64,000 nucleotides of DNA, from NCBI GenBank assembly GCA_900542285.1, contig UQNF01000001.1, positions 72,663 through 136,662 of the forward strand, written 5' to 3'. This DNA is from an uncultured Clostridium sp. GTDB lineage: Bacteria; Bacillota; Clostridia; Christensenellales; CAG-138. Position numbers and translations under genes: made by a program. Numbering within the stretch: position 1 is the stretch's first letter; each line of letters starts with the position of its first letter. Positions 40,285 through 48,378 of this stretch are shown one piece after another. The notes under the pieces are model-generated. The model did not search any database. It had not been told where the DNA came from and saw only the letters and a list, made by a program, of their open reading frames with translations.

Positions 40285-41537
40285 GTCGCCACCCCCTCAT
40301 TCTTTGGAGCGGCAGATATTGCTTTTGACTTGACGCGTTTTTTCGGCTTACCCTTATCCTGCGATTTAGAACGCGCAAGCAATGCCTCAAACTCCTCTTT
40401 CTCCTTCCGGGTCTCTCGTTCATGCTGCTCGCGCTCTATCCTGAGCCTTTCGTCTTCCGTAGCTTGATTGATATAGTCATCGGCAAAAACCGTAATAATA
40501 TCAGCTCCGAAGACGGACCTTGCCCGGGCCAACGCTTCCATGACCGCTTCTTCCTTTCGGGTTGAGATAAACACCATTGTTTGCTCTCTGAATGCGCCGG
40601 AGCAAACCTCCGCTAAAAGAATGTCCGTTGAGCAGGTTTCGCCATTCTTTGCAGAACCCAAGCCATATAGTATTCTGTTGAACTCCGCGCCCCGACCGCC
40701 GGCGCTGTGAAAACTTGAGATGCCGTCATTTATGATAGCGTTGGTGATTAGCGTGTAATCCTGATTCCTATCCTCAAAGTATTCGCAGATGGTGCGGGCT
40801 GCCATAAAGCAATATTCCTGGCGTCGGATATGCATCTCAAACTCTCCGTGAAAAGATGTGTCCAGCACAACTGTGACCGCCTGGCACCATGTCGGATCAT
40901 ACTCCTTAACGATCAGCTCATTTAGTACCGCAGACATCTTCCAGCTTATACTTCTCATAGGCTCTCTTCCCGTGTATTCACGATAGCCGCAGACGGAAAT
41001 CGGGTCTTCAAGAAGTTGTTTCCTCATTGCGATCTCATCATATGCATCTGCAAAGGATTTAATAAATTCCTCTGCCTCGATTCGATGCGGATAAATCACA
41101 ATATGGCTATCGTTCTCCTTGCGGTATTCATGCTCAACAAAGCCAAGAAAATCACCGGCATAGAACTTGGCGTATGAAAATGTGTACTCGCCCCTGTCCG
41201 GCAATGAGGCGGTTAGGCGGCGTCTTACCCTCTGGCGGCGGCGAAGGGTAACTCCGCTGACGAAGATCCTATGATCGTCATTTACGACCGCATCGTAATC
41301 AACCAGCTTGCTTATCACAAGTTTTTTCGGAAAACGTTCCTCTATCCTGAGAACCGGCGAATAGCTGCGCGAAAGATTGCTGATTTCGCTGTTGACAGCG
41401 AACTCCTCGTCAGGCTCCGCTCCATCTACCGAAGGGTAGCAACGATACCCGATCATTTCCTCATTGCTTGAGTTCTTTATTGAAACCCATTCGACAATGG
41501 ATGCAAGTACGATTATGATTATCAAAAACTCCAGCAT
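40281..41537 (-). CDS. DUF58 domain protein (vWA-like, MoxR partner)
   Basis: N-terminal TM, then the DUF58 signature GYREYTGREPMRSISWKMSAVLNELIVKEYDP. Has a Lys/Glu-rich C-terminal tail. Confidence 0.75.
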   Translation of the reverse strand: MLEFLIIIIVLASIVEWVSIKNSSNEEMIGYRCYPSVDGAEPDEEFAVNSEISNLSRSYSPVLRIEERFPKKLVISKLVDYDAVVNDDHRIFVSGVTLRRRQRVRRRLTASLPDRGEYTFSYAKFYAGDFLGFVEHEYRKENDSHIVIYPHRIEAEEFIKSFADAYDEIAMRKQLLEDPISVCGYREYTGREPMRSISWKMSAVLNELIVKEYDPTWCQAVTVVLDTSFHGEFEMHIRRQEYCFMAARTICEYFEDRNQDYTLITNAIINDGISSFHSAGGRGAEFNRILYGLGSAKNGETCSTDILLAEVCSGAFREQTMVFISTRKEEAVMEALARARSVFGADIITVFADDYINQATEDERLRIEREQHERETRKEKEEFEALLARSKSQDKGKPKKRVKSKAISAAPKNEGVAT

Positions 41538-41540
41538 TTG

Positions 41541-42497
41541 TCATTTTACACTCCCGGAGTCTTCCTTCGGTACTGTGACACCACTTAGAATGGAATCAAA
41601 TATCGCCGCTGCCTCGCGGCTCGCTGCCGCATTTCTGAAATGCAAACGATGTACTATAACATAAGGCGCAAGCTTCTTAACATCCTCCGGAATGACATAG
41701 TTCCTGCCGCTGAATGCCGCATAGGCCCGTGCTGCTTTGCAAAGGGCGATGGTTCCGCGTGGAGAAGCGCCTATGTTTATGCGTTGATCCTGCCTTGTCG
41801 CCTCGATAATATCCATTAAATAGCCCATTACCGGCTCACTTATTTCAATGTCGGAAAGGAGTCTGCGCAATGCTTCGGTTTCTTCGACGCTTACGACCAC
41901 ATCAATGCTGTCGAGCAGTTCTGCACTGTCAGTTCTTAGGGCAACTCCAATCTCCTCGCTCCTGGTCATATATCCAAGGCTCATTCGCATCATAAACCTA
42001 TCCATCTGCGCTTCCGGCAACGGGAAAGTTCCGTAGGACTCTATCGGGTTCTGAGTCGCCGCTACCATGAAAGGCTCATCGAGCTTACGAGTCAGACCAT
42101 CGATGGATACCTGTCTTTCAGCCATGGCCTCAAGAAGGCTAGATTGGGTTCTTGGGGTTGCGCGGTTGATTTCGTCTGCAAGTACCATATTAGCAAAAAT
42201 AGGGCCGGGACGGAACTCAAATTCACCTTTTTTAGTATTATAATAGTTTATTCCCGTGACATCGCTTGGCATCAAATCCGGGGTAAACTGGATCCTGCGG
42301 AAACTGCCGCCGGTTGCCTTGGCAAAGGCGCGGAAGAGCATCGTCTTTCCTGTGCCGGGTACATCTTCCAGCAGAATGTGTCCGCCGCATAGATAACAGA
42401 CGGCAACGAGCGTTATCTCATCATGCTTGCCAACGATCACCTTCGAACAGGCATCGACGAGCTTTTTGCGATATGATACGAATTCTTCTGTGTTCAT
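41541..42497 (-). CDS. MoxR-family AAA+ ATPase
   Basis: LLEDVPGTGKT Walker A, VLADEINRATPRTQSSLLEAMAERQVS (Walker B/sensor) and the typical 318-aa length. Confidence 0.92.
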   Translation of the reverse strand: MNTEEFVSYRKKLVDACSKVIVGKHDEITLVAVCYLCGGHILLEDVPGTGKTMLFRAFAKATGGSFRRIQFTPDLMPSDVTGINYYNTKKGEFEFRPGPIFANMVLADEINRATPRTQSSLLEAMAERQVSIDGLTRKLDEPFMVAATQNPIESYGTFPLPEAQMDRFMMRMSLGYMTRSEEIGVALRTDSAELLDSIDVVVSVEETEALRRLLSDIEISEPVMGYLMDIIEATRQDQRINIGASPRGTIALCKAARAYAAFSGRNYVIPEDVKKLAPYVIVHRLHFRNAAASREAAAIFDSILSGVTVPKEDSGSVK

Positions 42498-42578
42498 GTC
42501 TCTCTCCTTGGGTTGATCCCTTTAATTTGTTCATTAGCTTAGCTTCTATTTAGGGTGATACACCCTTCCATTCTTTAT

Positions 42579-42607
42579 ATTGTATCATAAATGCAATTAG
42601 GTGCCAA
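42579..42607 (-). promoter_or_regulatory. Candidate promoter of the moxR-DUF58-DUF4129 operon
   Basis: On the minus strand: TTGGCA, 17 nt, TACAAT. Confidence 0.5.
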
Positions 42608-42636
42608 GTATATAACATTTTGTTTCCTTATAATAG

Positions 42637-42671
42637 CATTCAGCCCCCCCTTTAGTAGGGGGAGCTGAATG
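42637..42671 (-). terminator. Stem-loop downstream of the dockerin cysteine-peptidase gene
   Basis: CATTCAGC(T)CCCCC-(7 nt)-GGGGG(G)GCTGAATG on the minus strand. The U-tract is poor. Confidence 0.55.
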
Positions 42672-42690
42672 TGTTTACTGTAATAATCAG

Positions 42691-44670
42691 TTAAGAATTC
42701 ATTGCAGCACGGAGGATGATCATTGCATCCTGTGCGTTGACGGAACCGTCATTGTTCATGTCTGCAAGAGCGAGCTGATTTGCACTAAGATCACCGATAC
42801 CAAGGGTATAGCGGAGAACAAGCATTGCGTCCTGAACATCAACATTACCGCTGCCGTTGACATCGCCCATGATGCCGCCGGTGCTGCCGGAGAAGTCAAC
42901 GTTATCTACCTTTACACAGTCGGTGCCGTTGTTTGCACTGCCATCCTTGGAGTAGGACCATACGAAGGTGTAAGTGCCAGCGGTTGCTGCGGTGTAGGTG
43001 TAGGTATTCCAGCTGGTATTGGAAGTGCCGGACAGGTGGAGAATCTGCTCACCATTGACGGTGAAGTTGAACCAGTCAAAGTTGGACTCAGAGTTGTAGT
43101 AATACTCGAAGGTAAGAGTATCGCCTGCAGCCATATTGATGGTAGTGGTGAGGGTAGAGGTGGTATTCGAGGAACCGGCATTGCTTGACTTAGCAAGATA
43201 CCTATCGCCCTCGGTAACAGCTTCGAAGGGATACTGTTCGCTGGTTCCAAACTGGATGTTGCCGCCGGGCACATTCAGGGAGTCATAAAGAGTAGTATCA
43301 ATGTTTACGGTAACATCAACGTTTGCGGTACCGAATACATTGCCATCAACATAAACGGTGCAGGTAACCGTGGTGCTGCCTTCGGAAATACCGGTGATGG
43401 TTGCACGACGGTTGTTGCCGTTAACGGTTGCAATGCTCTCGTTTGCGGAAGTCCAAACGAGCTCATATGCGTTTGCATTATCAGGAACGCGGAGGAATGA
43501 TACGACTGCGCTGCGTCCGATATACATTTCGACGGCAGTGGTGTCGAGGGAGAATCCGGTCAGGTCGACGGGATCCTGGTTGCCGAACAGACTCCATTCG
43601 CTGTAAACGGTCTGCTCAGAGTCAGGGTTGGAGGGGAAGGGATCGTCCTCACTCATAACGATAGGATATGCATCGCCATAAGGATCGGGAACGTCCCAAG
43701 TATCCTTCATTGTTTGGAAAGCTTCGGCAACAACGCCGCCTTCCTTCATAACATTCCAGAAAGTCTCTTCGTACTCATAGTCGCCTGCAAAGGTTACGCT
43801 CTGGGAGTAACCGTAAACGACCTCAGCGCCTGCCCTGAGAAGAGCGGAGCCGGTGGTGCCCTGGCCGGTGCGCTTCATACCTTCGCAGATAGCCATCCAA
43901 ACAAGGCAGTTTGAAAGGGTATCGGTGACATGGTGCTCAACATACCTACCATCGATGTAAGCGGCGCTGCCTGCGCTGACTGCCCAACCATTGGAGTAGT
44001 CCTCGGAGGTGATACCGGAATTGGTGGTGAGGCACAGATAGCTGGAAGTACCGCTCTGGGTTCCGTGGCTGTCGTAGATAACAACGCCCTTATCGAGGTA
44101 GTTCTGTGCGATTGCGGGACCTGTTGCTGCGGTGGACTGGATGAGAGTGTAATCACCGCCGGTTGCGTCTGCGATGGACTGAGCTTCCCGCTTGTACTGA
44201 TCGGTGAAGCTTCCGTCATGTCCGTAATAAGGTGCAACAAGCAGTACATTCGGGGAACCGGCATCCTTATTGTAATTGCCGTTACCCTTTACAATAACAA
44301 CCTGCTCTTCAGCGGGGATGGGTTCGCCGGGAACGAGCTCGTTGCGGAGCCTGTAGTTGTAAGAGCAATACATGCCGTCAACCGTGAAGAAGAATCCGTC
44401 CTTGGTGATGTCGGAGAAGCCGTCCTTATCGATAAAGGAAGCATTCAGTGCTGCCTGATATACAGCATTGATGACATCGGTGCGGGTTGCGTTTGCTTCG
44501 ATAGCAGCTGCTTCTGCTGCATCGATAGCTGCCCAGGTCTTGTTGAGCTTTGCGATCTGCTTTGCTTCGTTTGCCGCTGCGTCAATACCCTCTGCAAGGG
44601 ATACGACGGGAACGAGAGCAAAAACCAGAATTAGCGCAAGAGCCATAGCCAATACTTTGCGAGTTTTCAT
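42691..44670 (-). CDS. Secreted dockerin-bearing protein: putative clan-CD (C11/gingipain-like) cysteine peptidase + Big_2 + beta-sandwich + dockerin
   Basis: Signal peptide. His-Gly and Ala-x-Cys dyad contexts VVIYDSHGT (H202, codon 44065-44067) and VWMAICEGM (C262, codon 43885-43887). Big_2-like aa 372-455, beta-sandwich aa 456-593, and dockerin repeats DVNGSGNVDVQDAMLVLR / DMNNDGSVNAQDAMIILR. The ORF itself is certain; the peptidase family is inferred. Confidence 0.6.
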   Translation of the reverse strand: MKTRKVLAMALALILVFALVPVVSLAEGIDAAANEAKQIAKLNKTWAAIDAAEAAAIEANATRTDVINAVYQAALNASFIDKDGFSDITKDGFFFTVDGMYCSYNYRLRNELVPGEPIPAEEQVVIVKGNGNYNKDAGSPNVLLVAPYYGHDGSFTDQYKREAQSIADATGGDYTLIQSTAATGPAIAQNYLDKGVVIYDSHGTQSGTSSYLCLTTNSGITSEDYSNGWAVSAGSAAYIDGRYVEHHVTDTLSNCLVWMAICEGMKRTGQGTTGSALLRAGAEVVYGYSQSVTFAGDYEYEETFWNVMKEGGVVAEAFQTMKDTWDVPDPYGDAYPIVMSEDDPFPSNPDSEQTVYSEWSLFGNQDPVDLTGFSLDTTAVEMYIGRSAVVSFLRVPDNANAYELVWTSANESIATVNGNNRRATITGISEGSTTVTCTVYVDGNVFGTANVDVTVNIDTTLYDSLNVPGGNIQFGTSEQYPFEAVTEGDRYLAKSSNAGSSNTTSTLTTTINMAAGDTLTFEYYYNSESNFDWFNFTVNGEQILHLSGTSNTSWNTYTYTAATAGTYTFVWSYSKDGSANNGTDCVKVDNVDFSGSTGGIMGDVNGSGNVDVQDAMLVLRYTLGIGDLSANQLALADMNNDGSVNAQDAMIILRAAMNS

Positions 44671-44863
44671 TGGTTTTCCTCCTTAAAATTAATGCGCTTT
44701 ATGCGCAGAGTACACCATCTCTGGCATACTTCTCCGTATATTTTACCATAATCATTTCAAATGTCAAGACAAAAACTGTATTTTTTATATTGAGCTTATC
44801 AGCGTGAAAATGCTTTACCGAATAAGCTTTTTTGCATTTGTATACCGATCGGATAAGTTTTTC

Positions 44864-44892
44864 TTGCCAACCCGTTGATTAGGGTATATAAT
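44864..44892 (+). promoter_or_regulatory. Candidate promoter of the small alarmone synthetase gene
   Basis: TTGCCA (44864-44869), 17 nt, TATAAT (44887-44892). Confidence 0.5.
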
Positions 44893-44937
44893 ACTATCGC
44901 AGAGATTGCGAATCCTTTCATTTTATGAGGTGAGCTT

Positions 44938-45606
44938 ATGTCAAGTGATTACAATGATTGCATACAAGAGCAGAGCGCCATCATACAGGACCCCGGTGAG
45001 TTTGGAGACATTCAGCAGCTTAGGGAGCTTCAGTATCTTTATACTTCCGCGCTTCGCACGCTAAGGCTAAAATTCGAGGTTCTCAACGGTGAATTTCAGC
45101 TTCACCATGCCCGGAATCCCATTCATCATATTGAAAGCAGACTAAAAAGCCCTGCAAGCATGGCAGCGAAACTTCAAAGCAGAGGTCATGAAGTGAGCAT
45201 CGAAAACGCAAAGCAGTATCTTAACGATATTGCAGGAGTACGCGTCGTGTGTCGTTTCCTTGAAGATGTTTACGACGTTGAGAAAGCCTTCATGATGCAG
45301 GAGGATGTGAAGCTCATTGAGCGTGAGGACTATATCGCCCATCCGAACTTCAACGGCTATCGCAGCCTGCATCTGGATGTTGAGATACCCGTCTACCTTT
45401 CCTCTACGATAGAGTACGCCCGCGCAGAAATACAGATACGGACGATCGCGCAGGATTTTTGGGCAAGTCTTGAGCATGACCTTAGGTATAAATGCTGCAA
45501 GGATATTCCGGAACATATAAGCAAGGAGATGTACAGCGTAGCGGATGAGATCGCAGCAATAGATCGAAGAATGCAGCATATGAACTATGAGATCCAGGCG
45601 CTTTAA
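44938..45606 (+). CDS. Small alarmone synthetase (RelA/SpoT-domain GTP pyrophosphokinase, RelP/RelQ type)
   Basis: 222 aa, single domain: DIAGVRVVCRFLEDVY, NGYRSLHLDVEIPV and AEIQIRTIAQDFWASLEHDLRYK. Confidence 0.88.
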   Translation: MSSDYNDCIQEQSAIIQDPGEFGDIQQLRELQYLYTSALRTLRLKFEVLNGEFQLHHARNPIHHIESRLKSPASMAAKLQSRGHEVSIENAKQYLNDIAGVRVVCRFLEDVYDVEKAFMMQEDVKLIEREDYIAHPNFNGYRSLHLDVEIPVYLSSTIEYARAEIQIRTIAQDFWASLEHDLRYKCCKDIPEHISKEMYSVADEIAAIDRRMQHMNYEIQAL

Positions 45607-45777
45607 TCGCTATGGTGCATTGATACATACTCTCCGGTTACAGCGCTGTTAACAAGCCGATATGATCGCTTTTCGGGAAGAATTTGCCAAATTGTATTTC
45701 GCCAAACTGACGCTCATTTAACCGGTGAGCATTTTTTGTGAACATTAATATAATGCAAAATAAACGAGGTTGAAGTT

Positions 45778-46785
45778 ATGGGAATTAGACGCAATTTCAA
45801 GATTGCAAACATCACTGCACTCTCCGTTTTTTGTTTGATCTTAATGCTGATCGGGATCACCCCAACTCTTAGCGGATGTTCCGCATGTAAGGAGAATAAT
45901 ATGCACAGCAATACAAAGACCCTTCCGGACGGAAAGCTGACCCGCGTGGAATACTCCACCGGAAACGGAACGATCGCAAGAGCAGAGTTTTCCATCACTA
46001 TCACGCCAGACGAAGTTGTCGATGCTCTATTTTGGCCGGAGGAAGCCGTCGAAATCGGTGGCAAAACTTACTATCAGCCCACCGTTTCCGACGAAATAGT
46101 ATCGCTTTCTCACGCTCCCATTTCCGAGGGACGCTGGGAGGAAGTTGAAGCGATCATCGCCGAACTTGCTCCGCTGCTTGAAATCAAGCCCGAATCAAAA
46201 GTTGATTTGCCTGATGCCGGAGAGTTTCCGGGTATGCAAATACTTGACGGAGGCGATTGGCAAACGCTGCGGCTCGGCGTACAAACTGCTGATGGGGAGC
46301 ATTTTTCCGAATACTATGTCCCTTCGGACCGCCAAATGATTACACTGACGACCCTTCTCCGAGAGATTGTAGACCCTATAGGCCGCGATATCCCGCACTA
46401 TGCTACGCCGGTGCTTGTCGGTCTGTACTTTAGTCAATCCTCATCAAGCCCTGCAAAGGATTTTTCCTTCCAATGCGGCACACCGAGCGTCGATGCAGAT
46501 GCTGAGGAACGGCTTTTCATTTATCGTTTTACTGAAAAAACGGGCCTGTTCTCTCATGATTCCCAAAGTGCGACTACAACGATCTCCTATCAGGATTGGG
46601 CTGAGCTGTCTTCACTTGTTGATGAGCTGTGCCTAAAGGATTATCCAAGAGGAACATCGAAAGACAAGGCCACCTGCTCACTCTATTATTCCGACAGCGC
46701 ACAGCTAACAGTGAAGCTTGATAAGAAGGCGGTTGAATCGCTTTATGCCGCTTTGAAGGAACTGGCCGTAAATCATGCCGGTTGA
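45778..46785 (+). CDS. Hypothetical lipoprotein
   Basis: Signal peptide with lipobox LSGC. 335 aa with no motif I recognise. Confidence 0.55.
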   Translation: MGIRRNFKIANITALSVFCLILMLIGITPTLSGCSACKENNMHSNTKTLPDGKLTRVEYSTGNGTIARAEFSITITPDEVVDALFWPEEAVEIGGKTYYQPTVSDEIVSLSHAPISEGRWEEVEAIIAELAPLLEIKPESKVDLPDAGEFPGMQILDGGDWQTLRLGVQTADGEHFSEYYVPSDRQMITLTTLLREIVDPIGRDIPHYATPVLVGLYFSQSSSSPAKDFSFQCGTPSVDADAEERLFIYRFTEKTGLFSHDSQSATTTISYQDWAELSSLVDELCLKDYPRGTSKDKATCSLYYSDSAQLTVKLDKKAVESLYAALKELAVNHAG

Positions 46786-46916
46786 TACAGCATACGCATT
46801 TTGAGCTGATCTGTTTTTCCAGTCTTGGAGGCTATCAGTGCCATTATTCCGCAGCTCGTACCCTAAGTGCGGCAATATTCAGCATTCGCCGACATGATCA
46901 AAAAGGAGATTTGATA

Positions 46917-47160
46917 ATGAAAATTGCGTTGGCTTGCGTGCCGGTGGTTAACGGAAATATAGAACATAACAGTACGTGTATTCTTCAAGCCATGGAGGCT
47001 TGCGCCGGAAAAGCGGACCTTGTTGTGTTTGGCGAATCCGTTCTGTGCCGATCCCGGAGCGGTTGACTGTGCCGCAGGAGGCGCAGCGTATTTCAAAAAC
47101 GGCTTGATAGTGCAAGAAACCCCTGCCGGAAAAAGTGATATTTTGATAGTCGAGGTTTAG
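46917..47160 (+). pseudogene. Remnant of a carbon-nitrogen hydrolase (nitrilase-superfamily) gene with an internal deletion and frameshift
   Basis: The RBS AAAGGAG and MKIALACVPVVNGNIEHNSTCILQAMEACAGKADLVVFGESV (typical C-N hydrolase N-terminus) run into a stop at 47064. The +1 frame continues ...GGAAYFKNGLIVQETPAGKSDILIVEV*, which looks like a C-N hydrolase C-terminus. The ~200 central residues, including the catalytic Lys and Cys, are absent. Confidence 0.45.
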
Positions 47161-47162
47161 TA

Positions 47163-47570
47163 ATGGTTATGGAGATCAAGGAATACACCAAATACAACGA
47201 GAATGATATTTTGAGCCTGTATTTGAGCGTTGGCTGGACTGCCTACACCGAGCACCCGGATGTGCTCAGGAATGGATTTGCTAATTCCCTGCTGACGCTG
47301 GCGGCTTACGATGGCGATCAGCTTCTTGGCATCATCCGAACTGTTGGCGATGGCTATACCATCGTGTTTGTGCAGGATATCCTGGTATTCCCAGAGCATC
47401 AGCGAAAGGGCATCGGATCTGCTCTCCTGAGGGCAGTTTTGGACAAGTTCAGCCATGTGCGCCAAATAGAACTTGCAACGGATAATACGCCGGAGACCAT
47501 TGCATTTTATTTGTCGATGGGCTTTCGGGAAATGTCCGAAATCGGCTGCTGTGGATTTATGAAAGTCTAA
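47163..47570 (+). CDS. GNAT-family N-acetyltransferase
   Basis: 135 aa with the acetyl-CoA motif VFPEHQRKGIGSALLRAV. Confidence 0.85.
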   Translation: MVMEIKEYTKYNENDILSLYLSVGWTAYTEHPDVLRNGFANSLLTLAAYDGDQLLGIIRTVGDGYTIVFVQDILVFPEHQRKGIGSALLRAVLDKFSHVRQIELATDNTPETIAFYLSMGFREMSEIGCCGFMKV

Positions 47571-47700
47571 ATCGTCATGCCTAACATAGTTGCCTATCTT
47601 GCAGGAATAGAGCACTGTAAGACTCCTTTTTGATGCAAGCAGCAAGCCGAGGCGTGAACAGAATTTGTTCTATTTCTGATGCTTAGACCTCGCCTGCGCA

Positions 47701-48378
47701 CTATTGTTCGTCCCGGAGCAGCTTTTTTACCTTTTTTTTGACCCTTTGAATGGCATTGTCCACCGACTTTACGGATTTACCGAGCTCATCTGCAATATCT
47801 GTATAGCTCAGCCCATCTAAAAATCGAACCAACACCTGCTTTTCAAGCTCCGTCAGCTCCTCCTCCATGCGCCGGAGCAGTTCGCTGTACGACTCGCGTT
47901 CTAAGATGATATCCTCAGGATTGACCGTTCTCGGCATTATCAAGGTATCCATGAGAGTGCTCTCGCTCTCATCGCTGCCGCCTTCGTATGCATTCCTGTC
48001 AAGTGACACATAGTTGTTAAGCGGAAGATGCTTCTTCCTTGTTGCGGTCTTTATTGCAGAGTAGATCTGACGCACAATACATGTCTCTGCAAATGAGCGG
48101 AAGCTTCCTCCCCTATCGGGTTCGTATTCCCTAATTGCCGCAACAAGCCCTATTGCACCCTCCTGAATGAGATCGGCTCTGTCTGCACCCATGAGAAAAT
48201 AGGGCCTTGCCTTTAGCTTGACAAGTCCCATAAATCTCTCGACCAATACATATTCAGCGTCCCTATCTCCGCTCTGAGCCAGATAAGCAAGCTGTTCATC
48301 GGAGTATTCCCCAAATGCCTTGTCCGAAGTCGAAGCTTTAGTCAAATCAGTTGCCGCGCTCCTGTCTGTTCTTTTCAA
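47701..48378 (-). CDS. sigH: RNA polymerase sigma factor SigH (sigma-30)
   Basis: Collinear with B. subtilis SigH as recalled from memory (not a computed alignment): ...ARPYFLMGADRADLIQEGAIGLVAAIREY...FAETCIVRQIYSAIKTATRKKHLPLNNYVSLD...LDGLSYTDIADELGKSVKSVDNAIQRVKKKV. The only in-frame start is a TTG at 48376-48378, overlapping the rlmB 3' end. Confidence 0.88.
   Translation of the reverse strand: MKRTDRSAATDLTKASTSDKAFGEYSDEQLAYLAQSGDRDAEYVLVERFMGLVKLKARPYFLMGADRADLIQEGAIGLVAAIREYEPDRGGSFRSFAETCIVRQIYSAIKTATRKKHLPLNNYVSLDRNAYEGGSDESESTLMDTLIMPRTVNPEDIILERESYSELLRRMEEELTELEKQVLVRFLDGLSYTDIADELGKSVKSVDNAIQRVKKKVKKLLRDEQ

Noticed and set aside
17589-44670. Whether the polysaccharide locus or the protease island is a mobile element or genomic island.
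   Set aside because: No integrase, transposase, recombinase, flanking direct repeats or tRNA attachment site is visible in the window. Only a compositional shift in part of the polysaccharide locus was noted, and this is reported as a finding rather than as a mobile element.
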